The position numbers were made by a program, and so were the translations under genes. Positions 26,520 through 35,904 of a DNA stretch of 64,000 nt are shown piece by piece; positions within the stretch are counted from its first letter, which is position 1; every line of letters begins with the position of its first letter. This DNA is from Thermoanaerobaculum sp. (GTDB taxonomy: Bacteria > Acidobacteriota > Thermoanaerobaculia > Multivoradales > UBA5704): contig JAJKHS010000091.1 in NCBI GenBank assembly GCA_021154885.1, positions 9,089 through 73,088 on the forward strand, in the 5' to 3' direction. The notes below the pieces were generated by a model that ran no database searches, was not told the origin of the DNA, and worked only from the letters and a program-made list of their open reading frames with translations.

Positions 26520-28106
26520 ATGCACGAACGAATCCAGACCTTCGAAGAGCTCGCCCTCCGACTGCGGCCCGACGGGGCCGGCGCCTACGTCGTCCAGGTC
26601 GTCCATTCGCCCTACGGCTGCCGCGACGTCCGATTCGATCTCAAGGATCTCGGATTTCCCTTCGACAGCCTTCGTCGGATCGACTTCTCAGCTTCGGAGT
26701 CCCGTGAGTTGGGAGAGGTCGAGCCTCCTCAGGGCGGGGGCTCGGCGACTCCGGAGACTCTGGGTGGAACGCTGTTTCGGGCTCTCTTCCGGGACGATCT
26801 CCTCTCGACCTTCCTGATGAGCCTGGGCCGTATCCAAGGAAGAAAGGACCTCGGTCTGCGAATCCGGCTGATCTTCGATCCTCTCGATCCCGCCAGCCGG
26901 CAGCTTCTCTCCCTTCCCTGGGAGCTTCTCTACCGCCCCGATACCCGAGATTTCCTGGCGAGGAGCCGGTTCACGCCCGTGGTCCGTTATCTGGAGGTTC
27001 CCCGGCTGACCACCCCGCTGGAGCTGACATCCCAACTGCGTATCCTCGTCGTCCTAGCAAACCCAGCAGGAACGGCGGGCCTCGATCTCGAACGAGAATG
27101 CCAGCAGATGGAGAGCGTTCTCCGAGAGAATCCCCGCATTCGTCTGGAGGTCCTCAGGAGCCCATCGCTCCCCGAAATTCGTTCGGCCCTTCAGAGATTC
27201 GAAGCTCACGTCTTCCACTACATGGGCCACGGCGGCTTCGACTCAAAGTCAGGGGAAGGCTCTCTGCTCTTCGAGGATTCGCAGCGCAGGCCGCAGCCGG
27301 TCGGAGCCGGCGTGCTGGCCGAGGCTCTCAAGAACCTGCCGAGCCTGCGGCTCGTCTTTCTCAACGCCTGCCGCACGGCCCAGGTTTCCGAAGATCCGAA
27401 ATTGGACCCCTTCAGCGGCTCGGCATCGGCCCTCTCTCTGGCGGGTGTACCGGCGATCCTTGCCATGCAACTTCCGATTTCAGACCGCGCCGCTCTGATG
27501 TTCAGCCAGCGGCTCTACGAAATGCTGGCCCAGGCTTTTCCAGTGGATGCCGCGGTCGCGGAGGCGCGGCTGGCCGTCCATCTCGATGCTCCGTCGTCGT
27601 ACGAATGGGCCACGCCGGCCCTTTACATGAGCGTGCCTGACGGTTGCCTCTTTGCTCCGGCTCCCCCCGGCGATGAAGAGGACCATTTCGCCCTCGGTTT
27701 GAGCTATCTGGACCAGGGCCTCTACGACCTCTCGGCTGCCGCCTTTCAGCGCGTTCTGGGCAAAACGACTCACGAGGAGGATCTTCTCTACTACCTCGCG
27801 CTCGCACTCATCGGGGGACAGCGACCAAGGGCCTTGAAGCTCGCCACCATCCGGCAAATCGAGACTTATCTGGCAGCCGCCATCCGCCTGAATGATCGGA
27901 AGTCTCACTACAAGCTCCTTCTCGCAGCGGCCAAGTACGACTACTATGCGAGCAACGGGCTTCGCATCCCTTCACCCCCAGTCGATCAACTCCTGAAAGA
28001 AGCTGCAAATGGAGAGATCGACCCGAAGGAAGTGCGCCTCATGCTTCGACATGCTCCCCTTCCCCCGGGAGACCTCCTCAGCGTCGTCCAGAATTTTTGC
28101 CATTGA
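26520..28106 (+). CDS. CHAT domain protein with C-terminal TPR-like region
   Basis: His HVFHYMGHGGF and Cys VFLNACRTA dyad region typical of CHAT; C-terminal LGLSYLDQGLYDLSAAAFQRVL TPR-like. Confidence 0.65.
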   Translation: MHERIQTFEELALRLRPDGAGAYVVQVVHSPYGCRDVRFDLKDLGFPFDSLRRIDFSASESRELGEVEPPQGGGSATPETLGGTLFRALFRDDLLSTFLMSLGRIQGRKDLGLRIRLIFDPLDPASRQLLSLPWELLYRPDTRDFLARSRFTPVVRYLEVPRLTTPLELTSQLRILVVLANPAGTAGLDLERECQQMESVLRENPRIRLEVLRSPSLPEIRSALQRFEAHVFHYMGHGGFDSKSGEGSLLFEDSQRRPQPVGAGVLAEALKNLPSLRLVFLNACRTAQVSEDPKLDPFSGSASALSLAGVPAILAMQLPISDRAALMFSQRLYEMLAQAFPVDAAVAEARLAVHLDAPSSYEWATPALYMSVPDGCLFAPAPPGDEEDHFALGLSYLDQGLYDLSAAAFQRVLGKTTHEEDLLYYLALALIGGQRPRALKLATIRQIETYLAAAIRLNDRKSHYKLLLAAAKYDYYASNGLRIPSPPVDQLLKEAANGEIDPKEVRLMLRHAPLPPGDLLSVVQNFCH

Positions 28107-28119
28107 AAGGAGAACTATC

Positions 28120-28959
28120 ATGGACAAGAGGCCCAAGCAGAACGACAGAGAGATTGCACTACGAAAGTATTTTGAAGTCGTGACTCGGGAGCGAACTACG
28201 ATTCTGATCGTGATGATCGCAGCAGGAATCGTCTTCGCCCTAGTCGGTTTAGCTTTGCTCTCCTCTCCGGACGGCGCCGCAATGGCCTGGTTCTGCATTG
28301 TTACCGGCTCGGGGATAGCGGCTGTAGGAGGTCTTCGACTGGGTTCCATCGAGGCTCGTTATCGAAGTGCCCTTGCGGCTACCCAACCGCAGCCGTCCGA
28401 CAGTCAGGTTGATGCGTGGTTTCAAGATAGCCGGCAACACCTCATCCTCCATGCCAAGAACCGGCTCAACCTGTTCGGGGCTGAGAGCGATTTTTTCAAG
28501 CCCCTGATCATTGAAGTTCCGACCCTCAGCGCGACCTATGGGGTTCCCACGGAGGACCTGAAGTGGCGCAAGGGAAGTGACGGCACCTTTCGGTTTGCCA
28601 TTCACCACCTCATAGTCATTTATCTGACCGAGCGTCACCTCGCCGCATTCACCTGCGATTTCAATTTCATCCGCGACGTTTCGCTAAACGAGACCACCCG
28701 TGAGTATCACTACCTGGACATCGTTTCCGTGGCTACCTATGAGTACTCCCAAGCGTTCACCCTTCCCACAGGAGAAAAACTCTCAACCTCTCAAACCTTC
28801 CGACTGTCGGTTGGGAGCGGAGAGTACATCGAGGTGAAGTTGGAGAACGACCAACTGCGCAAGATGACCCAGCAGGAAGAGGTCCCCACCTTTGAGGCGG
28901 ATCAGGCCGTGACGACGATCCGCGCCATGCTGAGGGACCGGAAGGCGTTGGCTGCCTAG
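28120..28959 (+). CDS. Hypothetical membrane protein (279 aa), low-GC
   Basis: AAGGAG SD; two N-terminal TM helices (ILIVMIAAGIVFALVGLALL; WFCIVTGSGIAAVGGL); GC about 50% against about 67% background. Confidence 0.5.
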   Translation: MDKRPKQNDREIALRKYFEVVTRERTTILIVMIAAGIVFALVGLALLSSPDGAAMAWFCIVTGSGIAAVGGLRLGSIEARYRSALAATQPQPSDSQVDAWFQDSRQHLILHAKNRLNLFGAESDFFKPLIIEVPTLSATYGVPTEDLKWRKGSDGTFRFAIHHLIVIYLTERHLAAFTCDFNFIRDVSLNETTREYHYLDIVSVATYEYSQAFTLPTGEKLSTSQTFRLSVGSGEYIEVKLENDQLRKMTQQEEVPTFEADQAVTTIRAMLRDRKALAA

Positions 28960-29120
28960 CAAAGGCCCCGAGCCGGAGCCGATGAGCCAAGGCTCAGGCG
29001 TTCCGGCTCGGCCTTGCGAGCTTCACGGCCTTCGCGGATCGTGTACTTCGGAGAAGTTTCTCTTCCAAGGGCTCCTTCTCCCGTGCTGCACGACGCCCAC
29101 CCCTGCTATCATCCCCCGCC

Positions 29121-29777
29121 ATGGCTTCCGACCTGCGCCTCGACAACCTCCCTGCCACCGTCCACCTGTTCGTGGTGAACCGCTTCATCCTCCTGCCGGA
29201 GACGACGCTGCCGCTGACGCTCACGGACGAGCGGTACAGCGGCCTGGTGGAGTCGCTGGCGGCCAGGGAGGGCTATCTCGGGTTCATCCTGTCCCAGGAT
29301 TCCAAGGAGGGCCGGCGCTTTCAGGAGGTGGGGTGCCTGGGCCGCATCCGGGAGATGGAGCGGGATGCCTACGGTCTCAACGTCGTCTTCGAGGGCGTGA
29401 TCCGCTTCCGCGTCCGGCGAGAGGTGCCCAAGGCAGGCAAGGACGACTTCCCGCGCGCCGAGGTCGGGTACGAGGAATTCGCCGCGGACCTGGAGGACGG
29501 GGAGGAGGATCTCGAAGGGTGGGACCTCGAGCGGATCAAGGCCACCCTCATCCAGATCGGACGCAAGGCGACACCTGAGGGCTGGTCGTCGCTGGAGGCG
29601 ATGCCGCCGCGCAAGATCCTCCGCCTGATGGCGCAGACCATGCCGTTCGCTCCCGCCGAGAAGCAGGCCCTGCTCGAAACACCCACCTTCCGCGCCCTCC
29701 TGGAGCTGCTCTTCGCGCTCCTCGCCGTGAATTTCCTCACCACCACGCCGGACGACTCGCAGGCGCAGGTCAATTGA
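29121..29777 (+). CDS. LON N-terminal (substrate-binding) domain protein
   Basis: LPATVHLFVVNRFILLPETTLPLTLTDERY matches Lon N-domain consensus (LPLFPL..VLFPG..LPLHIFEPRY). Confidence 0.6.
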   Translation: MASDLRLDNLPATVHLFVVNRFILLPETTLPLTLTDERYSGLVESLAAREGYLGFILSQDSKEGRRFQEVGCLGRIREMERDAYGLNVVFEGVIRFRVRREVPKAGKDDFPRAEVGYEEFAADLEDGEEDLEGWDLERIKATLIQIGRKATPEGWSSLEAMPPRKILRLMAQTMPFAPAEKQALLETPTFRALLELLFALLAVNFLTTTPDDSQAQVN

Positions 29778-29802
29778 TCTCTCCCCGCCTGCCCCAGCCG
29801 AG

Positions 29803-30126
29803 CTAACCTTCGTCCACGAACGCCGTCCAGTCGGCGACCGCCTCCTTGAGCTGAGGGAGGGGGAGCTCGAAAGGCTCCGCATTCTCGTCGATCTCGTTGA
29901 CCAGAGAGGCCCCCTGGGAGGAAAGCGTGAGGGTGTAGGAGTTGCCGGTGGTCTCCCAGCGGTCGAGCTGGCCGGCCTCGATGCGGTCGATGGCGCGCAG
30001 GATCGCGCGCCCCTGCCTGCCGCTCCCCTGGAGGTCGCCTTCGAGGAAGCTGGCCAGCACCTCGCTCTGACCCTTGCCGCGGGCGCGGGGGTCGCCGGCG
30101 CTGTCCCAGTAGAATTCGAGCTGCAT
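29803..30126 (-). CDS. Hypothetical small cytoplasmic protein; candidate immunity partner
   Basis: 107 aa acidic protein immediately downstream and co-oriented with the secreted nuclease-like gene. Confidence 0.4.
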   Translation of the reverse strand: MQLEFYWDSAGDPRARGKGQSEVLASFLEGDLQGSGRQGRAILRAIDRIEAGQLDRWETTGNSYTLTLSSQGASLVNEIDENAEPFELPLPQLKEAVADWTAFVDEG

Positions 30127-30151
30127 CGCTCCTCCCTCGCTCCTCAGTCTT

Positions 30152-30685
30152 TCAATCGCGGGTGAAGATGGGATAGGCCGTGTTGATGCGGCCGTTCTGG
30201 TAATACCCCTCGATGGTGAATCCCTGGCCGGAGGGTCCGCGGAACTTCTCCGAGCCGCCCGTGGTGCGCCCCGCGAAAGCGTGGAGAACGGCCTGGATCA
30301 CGGCGTCGCGGCTCAGGCGGTCAGGATAGAGGGTCGAGCGCTTGGGGAGCCAGTCCGAGCCGGAACGGATCTCCACCTCGGCGGTGTAGACCCCGGCGCG
30401 GTTCGGCCGGTCGACGACGCGCACCAGCCGCGCTCCCTGCGGGTCCCGCCCGCCTGGCCGGGAGTGGAAGCCCACCGGCTTGCCCCGCGAGTTGATCTCC
30501 CCCTCGAAGATGTGGGTAACGTTGACCGGCGGCGAGGTGCGGCTCCACTCCTCCGCCGGCCGCCGGCTCCGTCCCGGCTGTGAGGACCGGGACCGGGACC
30601 GCGACCACCCCTCGCCGTCTGCCAACAGCGAGACCACCAGCGCCAGCGCCACGGTCGTCCAGAGCAGCCTCGTATGTTTCAGCAT
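30152..30685 (-). CDS. Secreted protein with putative bacterial EndoU-like nuclease/toxin domain
   Basis: Signal peptide MLKHTRLLWTTVALALVVSLLADG; THIFEGEINSRGKPVGFHS ... GYYQNGRINTAYPIF motifs recalled as similar to EndoU_bacteria toxin domains (unverified). Confidence 0.4.
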   Translation of the reverse strand: MLKHTRLLWTTVALALVVSLLADGEGWSRSRSRSSQPGRSRRPAEEWSRTSPPVNVTHIFEGEINSRGKPVGFHSRPGGRDPQGARLVRVVDRPNRAGVYTAEVEIRSGSDWLPKRSTLYPDRLSRDAVIQAVLHAFAGRTTGGSEKFRGPSGQGFTIEGYYQNGRINTAYPIFTRD

Positions 30686-30775
30686 GGGCGAACGATATCC
30701 GAAGCGTTGAGCCCTCACCACCCTCCCGGGATTCAGGTTAGTGGCCGGCGGGACGCCGGCGGTCCCAGGGGGCCT

Positions 30776-32452
30776 TCACCGCGGCGACTTGCGCCAGACC
30801 CGCCAGTCGTCGTTCAGGAAGATGGTGAGGATGAGGGCGAAGCCGCAGGCCGCCGCCAGCAGGAAGAGGAGCATGGCGAGGCCCGGATAGCCGAAGAGGC
30901 GGAACCGGGTCTGCACCTGCATCAACAACGCCGCGCCCACGATCAGGGCCGCCAGCACCAGCCCCAGGGCGATGCGGTTGGCGATCTTCTGCAGGTTGTC
31001 CATGAGGCGGGTCTCGTCGAAGGCGTCGACTTTGATCTGGATCTTGTTGCCCGCCAGATTGTCCAGCACGGAGTTCATCCGCCCCGGGAGCTGCTGGGCG
31101 AACTCCTGGAGCTCCAGCACGGAGGCGAAGACGCTGCCCGGCGAGAGCTTCTTCAACATGTGGCGGGTCATGAGGGAGTTGCTGTACTGCCTCACCGTCT
31201 GATTGGGATCGAACTCCGGATCGAGGGTGCGGGCAGCCTCGTCGAGCTGCAGCAGGGCGCGGCCCATCATGGTCAGCTCGGGCGCCGGGCGCACGCCGTT
31301 CTTGGCCGACAGCCGGGCGAGATGGATCAGGGTCTTCCCCGCCTGGATCTGGCTGCCCTGAACGTTCTGGTAGCTCCCCACCAGGTCCGCCACCTGGCGC
31401 CGGTAGCGGTCCTCGTCGTAATCCTCCAGCGTGGTGCCGATCTGCACCGTGAGCTGCGCCACCTCGTTGCCGCGCCCTTCGGTGACGGCGAGGAGGAGCT
31501 TGAGCAGCCGCTCCTGCATCACCGGTTCGAGCCGCGCCACCATGCCGAGGTCGAGGAGGGCCAGGCGGCCGTCGTCCGTCACCAGCAGGTTGCCCGGATG
31601 GGGGTCGGCGTGGAAGAAGCCGTCCACCAGGATCTGGTCGAGGTAGGCCCGGCACAGGTCCTCAGCCAGGACCCGGCCGTCGATGTCGATGCGGGCGAGG
31701 GGCGACAGGTCGGTGATCTTCGTCCCCTTCACGTACTCCATGGTCAGCACGCGCGAGGTGGTGTAGTCGTCGATGGGCCGCGGGATGACCAGGCGGTGGT
31801 ACTCCTTGAGGTTGGTGGCGAGCAGGATGAGGTTCTGGGCCTCGCGCCGGTAGTCGAGCTCCCGCAGCAGGGTCTTGCGGAACTCGTCCAGGATATCCTG
31901 GAAGGCGAAGCGCCGGCCGACGTCCGTGTGCCGGTCGACGACGCCGGCGATCTGCTCGAAGGCCTCCAGGTCCTCCAGGATCACCTTCTGGATGCCCGGG
32001 CGCTGCACCTTGACCGCCACCTGCCGGCCGTCGCGCATCCGGGCCCGGTGCACCTGCCCCAGCGAGGCTGCCGCCAGGGGCTGCGATTCGAACTCCTCGA
32101 AAGCCTTGGACAGCCGCACTCCCAGCTCGCTCGAGACGATCTCCTCCACCTCGGCGAAGGAGAAGGGCTCGACCTTGTCCTGGAGGCGGGAGAGGGCGTC
32201 GAGGTACGGCGCGGGCAGCAGGTCCGAGCGGGTCGACAGGAGCTGGCCGAGCTTGATGAAGGTGGGGCCGAGCTCCTCGAGGTCCTTGGCGAGCTTCTCC
32301 GGATCGCCCCCACTCCCCGCCTCGCCGGCCTCCTCGCCGAGCGACGCCTCGGCGTCGAGCGACTTCACCAGGTCTCCGCGCCCATGCTGCACCAGCAGCC
32401 GCGCGATGTCCTTGTAGCGTTTCAGGTGCTCCGGCCTGAGCGAGAGCGGCAT
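30776..32452 (-). CDS. UbiB/ABC1 (ADCK) atypical kinase family protein, second paralog
   Basis: LGPTFIKLGQLLSTRSDLLPAPY and kinase core; C-terminal TM helices. Confidence 0.75.
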   Translation of the reverse strand: MPLSLRPEHLKRYKDIARLLVQHGRGDLVKSLDAEASLGEEAGEAGSGGDPEKLAKDLEELGPTFIKLGQLLSTRSDLLPAPYLDALSRLQDKVEPFSFAEVEEIVSSELGVRLSKAFEEFESQPLAAASLGQVHRARMRDGRQVAVKVQRPGIQKVILEDLEAFEQIAGVVDRHTDVGRRFAFQDILDEFRKTLLRELDYRREAQNLILLATNLKEYHRLVIPRPIDDYTTSRVLTMEYVKGTKITDLSPLARIDIDGRVLAEDLCRAYLDQILVDGFFHADPHPGNLLVTDDGRLALLDLGMVARLEPVMQERLLKLLLAVTEGRGNEVAQLTVQIGTTLEDYDEDRYRRQVADLVGSYQNVQGSQIQAGKTLIHLARLSAKNGVRPAPELTMMGRALLQLDEAARTLDPEFDPNQTVRQYSNSLMTRHMLKKLSPGSVFASVLELQEFAQQLPGRMNSVLDNLAGNKIQIKVDAFDETRLMDNLQKIANRIALGLVLAALIVGAALLMQVQTRFRLFGYPGLAMLLFLLAAACGFALILTIFLNDDWRVWRKSPR

Positions 32453-32526
32453 CCCGGGTCCTCCATCGAAGGCCTCAACTGCATCGATGGCTGGGAATGC
32501 ATGGGAGATGCCAGGGCCCTCGGAAC

Positions 32527-32712
32527 GCCCCCACCCAAGACCCTCATCACCCCGGCCCTCTTCTCCCGCTCCCTCCCACCCCCCTCACCGGGAGAAGAGG
32601 GAGACCAGCAAGAGCGCTTCAACCGGGTTCCCCTCTCCCGGTGAGGGGGTTGGGAGGGGGCGGGAGAGGGGACAGGGGGGGACAGGGGTGAGGGCTTCGG
32701 GGCGGGGGCGTT
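32527..32712. repeat. Family-2 palindromic repeat element, copy 2 (inverted relative to copy 1)
   Basis: CCCTCTTCTCCCGCTCCCTCCCACCCCCCTCACCGGGAGAAGAGGGAGACCAGCAAGAGCGCTTCAACCGGGTTCCCCTCTCCCGGTGAGGGGG. Confidence 0.7.
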
Positions 32713-32723
32713 CTGGGCCTCCC

Positions 32724-33197
32724 TCAGTCCTCCCCCACCAGCAGCCCCAGCAGATCGGACGTCGTGATGATCCCGACGGCCCGGTCCTCGCGGGTGACGA
32801 GGACGCGGTGGATGTGCCCCTTGAGCATCAGGGAGGCGATCTCGGCGACCGTGGCGTCCTCGCGCACGGAGTAGATCCTGGGGTTCATGATGTCGGCCAC
32901 GCGCAGGCCGTCATGGTCGAGCTGGAGCTCCTCCACGTCCTCCTCGTCGAGGCCGTCGTCCCAATCGGGGCCGAAGAAGCTCGAGCCCTCTTCGCCGGTG
33001 CGCGGCCCTTCGCCCGAAGCCAGGGCGGCGATGTCCACCAGCGAGACGACGCCCACCAGCCGATCCTGGGCGTCCGCCACCGGCGCGCCGCTGATCTCGT
33101 GCTCCATGAGGAAGCCGGCCAGCTCCCGCACGGTCATGTCCTCCCGGACCGTGAGGACCCCCGGGTTCATGAGGTCGCTGGCCGTGATCGGTCGCAT
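32724..33197 (-). CDS. CBS domain pair protein
   Basis: Two CBS motifs (MTVRELAGFLMEHEISGAPV; ATVAEIASLMLKGHIHRVLV). Confidence 0.7.
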   Translation of the reverse strand: MRPITASDLMNPGVLTVREDMTVRELAGFLMEHEISGAPVADAQDRLVGVVSLVDIAALASGEGPRTGEEGSSFFGPDWDDGLDEEDVEELQLDHDGLRVADIMNPRIYSVREDATVAEIASLMLKGHIHRVLVTREDRAVGIITTSDLLGLLVGED

Positions 33198-33272
33198 CGC
33201 AAGTCCCCACTTCTTCGTCGGCGTTCCTGCCTACGATATACGAAAACTTTGCGCGCCGTCGTCACATCGTCG

Positions 33273-34592
33273 TTACAGGACTCGCAGCATGGCCTCCAGG
33301 GCATCCGGGTGGCTGGCCCGCATCCGCGCCTCGTCGTCGCCGATCACGCCGCGGTGGACGAGTTGGGCCAGCGACTCCTCCAGGGCGATCATCCCTTGGC
33401 GCTTGCCAAGGGTGATCTCGTTGTAGAGCTTCTGCAGGGCATCGCTACGGATGTGATGGCGGATCGGGTAGTTGGCGAGGAGCAGCTCGATGGCCGGCAC
33501 CCGGCCCCGGCCGTCGGCCCGCGGCACGAGCTGCTGCACCACGATGGCGTGGAGCGACAGGGCGAGCTGGTGGCGGATCTGGGACTGCTGGGCCGGCGGG
33601 AAGACGTCCACGACGCGGTGCACGGCCTGCTGGGCGTCGTTGGTGTGGAGCGTCGAGAGGACCAGATGGCCCGTCTCCGCCGCCGTCAACGCCGTCGCCA
33701 CCGTCTCCAGGTCGCGCATCTCCCCCACCAGGATGACGTCCGGGTCCTGGCGCAGCGAGGCCCGCAGCGCCTCGTGAAAGGAGCGCGCGTCCCGTCCCAC
33801 CTCGACGTGCTCGACGACCGAGCGGATGGAGCGGTGCTCGTACTCGATGGGATCTTCGATCGTGATGACGTGGCTGGTGCGGGTACGGTTGATCTCCCCC
33901 ACCATCGCCGCCAGGGTCGAGGATTTCCCCGAGCCCGTGGGGCCGCAGACGAGGATCAACCCGCGGCTCGGCTTGACCAGCTCGGCCAGCACGGGAGGCA
34001 GGTTGAGGCTCGCCAGCGTGGGGATTTCCGACGGCAGGGCGCGGACGGCCGCCGCCGGCTCGCCGCGCTGGCGGTGGAGGTTGACCCGGAAGCGCCACGC
34101 CGGGCCGCTGCCATCGTCGAGCGAGCCGCCGCGGCCGAGGCTCAGGGTGAAGTCCGTGGCGCCCCTTTCCTCCAGGTCCAGCCGCTCCTTGCCCCCCAGA
34201 TGGGAGAGGAACAGCCGTCCCACGTCGTCCCCCTCCAGGGCGGCGGACTCCTCCATGCGGCTGAGGCGGCCGTTGATGCGGAAGACGGGCGGCAGGCCGG
34301 CGATGAGCAGCAGGTCACTCGCCTTGCGATACACCAGCTCGGCGAGGAAGCGGTTGAGGGTCTCCCCCTCGTTGACCAGGGCCTGCTCCGGCCGCCGCAG
34401 GGTCAGCGGCCGCTCGGACGGCTGGCGGATGAGCTCTTCATGGGGCTCGAACACGAAGCCTGCCTCGGAGTCGGCCGCCGCCTGGGTGCCGCGGTTCAGC
34501 TCGCGGACGAGCTCGTCGAGATCGGGGTCATGGAGGTGTTCGGCCATGTCAAAGAGAGCATACGTGGGAAGAGGGGATTTCGTCGCGGGCAT
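33273..34592 (-). CDS. pilT: PilT-family type IV pilus retraction / secretion ATPase
   Basis: Walker A GLILVCGPTGSGKSST; Asp/His boxes ITIEDPIEYEH ... ILVGEMRDLETV ... STLHTNDA. Start moved to ATG 34592 because the ORF-track start 34670 lies inside family-1 repeat copy B. Confidence 0.7.
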   Translation of the reverse strand: MPATKSPLPTYALFDMAEHLHDPDLDELVRELNRGTQAAADSEAGFVFEPHEELIRQPSERPLTLRRPEQALVNEGETLNRFLAELVYRKASDLLLIAGLPPVFRINGRLSRMEESAALEGDDVGRLFLSHLGGKERLDLEERGATDFTLSLGRGGSLDDGSGPAWRFRVNLHRQRGEPAAAVRALPSEIPTLASLNLPPVLAELVKPSRGLILVCGPTGSGKSSTLAAMVGEINRTRTSHVITIEDPIEYEHRSIRSVVEHVEVGRDARSFHEALRASLRQDPDVILVGEMRDLETVATALTAAETGHLVLSTLHTNDAQQAVHRVVDVFPPAQQSQIRHQLALSLHAIVVQQLVPRADGRGRVPAIELLLANYPIRHHIRSDALQKLYNEITLGKRQGMIALEESLAQLVHRGVIGDDEARMRASHPDALEAMLRVL

Positions 34593-34597
34593 CTCTC

Positions 34598-34762
34598 TAG
34601 GAGCCTGCGAGGAAGAAACAAGAAGCAAGGACGTAAAGGACATCAGGGACGACAAGGACCTCAAGGACACGAAGGAGATGCAAATCTGGTATTTTATTGT
34701 CCCTGCGGTCCTTGCGGTCCTTGATATCCCTGCTTCGGCTTTTCTGCCGCGCAGACTCCTGC
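34598..34762. repeat. Family-1 palindromic MITE/REP-like element, copy B
   Basis: TAGGAGCCTGCGAGGAAGAAA ... GGAC 9-mers ... GTCCCTGCGGTCCTTGCGGTCCTTG ... TTTTCTGCCGCGCAGACTCCTGC. Confidence 0.65.
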
Positions 34763-35772
34763 TAAACCCTCACCATCAGCTTCCCCCTATTGCTCCCATC
34801 GAAAAACCGCAGCAGCGCCTTGGGCGCGTTCTCCAGCCCTTCGACCACGTCCTCCCGGTAGTGGAGCTTGCCCTCGGCGAGCCAGCGGGCGAGCTGGCCT
34901 TGAGCTTCGGGGAAACGCGCGGTGTAGTCCAGGACGACGAAGCCTTCCATGCGGGCGCGCTGGACGAGGAGGGCGAGGTAGTTGGCAGGCCCCTTGGGCG
35001 GCTCCGTCGCGTTGTATTGGGAGATGGCGCCGCAGATCACCACCCGCGCGTGGAAGGCAAGGTTGCGCAGGGCCGTGTCCAGGATCTCGCCGCCGACGTT
35101 GTCGAAGTAGACGTCCACCCCCTTGGGGCAGGCGCCGCGGATCTCCTCGTGAAGATCCTTCGCCGTCCTATAGTTGATGGCGGCGTCGAAGCCCAGCTCT
35201 TCGGTGAGCCAGCGGCATTTGTCATCCGTGCCAGCGATGCCCACGGCGCGGCAATCGTGGACCTTGGCGATCTGACCCACGATCGAGCCCACGGCCCCGG
35301 CGGCGCCGGAGACGAGGACGGTCTCGCCCGCTTTGAGCTGGCCCACGTCCAGCAGGCCGAAGTACGCCGTCAGCCCGGTCATCCCTAAAGGGCCGAGGGC
35401 CACGGTCGGGGCAATGCCGGGCGGGATGCGGTTCAGGTCCTTGGCCCGGGCCACGGCATAGCGCTGCCAGCCGAGGACGCTGGAGACGACGTCGCCCGGC
35501 TTGAGGTCCGGATGGCGGGACTCCACCACCTCGCCCACCGTGAGGCCGCGCATCACCTCGCCGATGCCAATGGGCGGCACGTAGCTGCGCCCCTCGTTCA
35601 TCCAGCCGCGCATGGCGGGATCGAGGGACAGGAAAAGATTGCGCACCAGCACCTGCCCCTCCCCCGGCTGCGGGATGGGCTCCTCGGTGAACTGGAAATC
35701 GCTGTCCTTCGGCAGCCCCTTGGGCCGGGCGGCGAGCCGGATCTGAAGGTTGGTTTCGGTTGGCTGCGTCAT
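34762..35772 (-). CDS. NADP-dependent oxidoreductase, zinc-independent MDR family (YncB/CurA-like)
   Basis: MTQPTETNLQIRLAARPKGLPKDSDFQF N-terminus and AAGAVGSIVGQIAK NADP-binding motif. Confidence 0.75.
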   Translation of the reverse strand: MTQPTETNLQIRLAARPKGLPKDSDFQFTEEPIPQPGEGQVLVRNLFLSLDPAMRGWMNEGRSYVPPIGIGEVMRGLTVGEVVESRHPDLKPGDVVSSVLGWQRYAVARAKDLNRIPPGIAPTVALGPLGMTGLTAYFGLLDVGQLKAGETVLVSGAAGAVGSIVGQIAKVHDCRAVGIAGTDDKCRWLTEELGFDAAINYRTAKDLHEEIRGACPKGVDVYFDNVGGEILDTALRNLAFHARVVICGAISQYNATEPPKGPANYLALLVQRARMEGFVVLDYTARFPEAQGQLARWLAEGKLHYREDVVEGLENAPKALLRFFDGSNRGKLMVRV

Positions 35773-35904
35773 GGGTCTGCTCCTATTTCCCCGCTGGGCG
35801 AGTGCGAGGGAGAGAGTAGCGCGTTTCAAGAAAAAACGGAGTAAGTGGCCGGCGAGACGCCGGCGGTCCCAGGGGTCTTGCTTCTGCTGGTTTCAGACTA
35901 ACCA

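Noticed and set aside
30674-34724. Long plus-strand ORFs 30674..32644 and 32487..34724
   Set aside because: Antisense to ubiB2, the CBS protein and pilT, and they read through family-2 repeat copy 2; high-GC artifacts.
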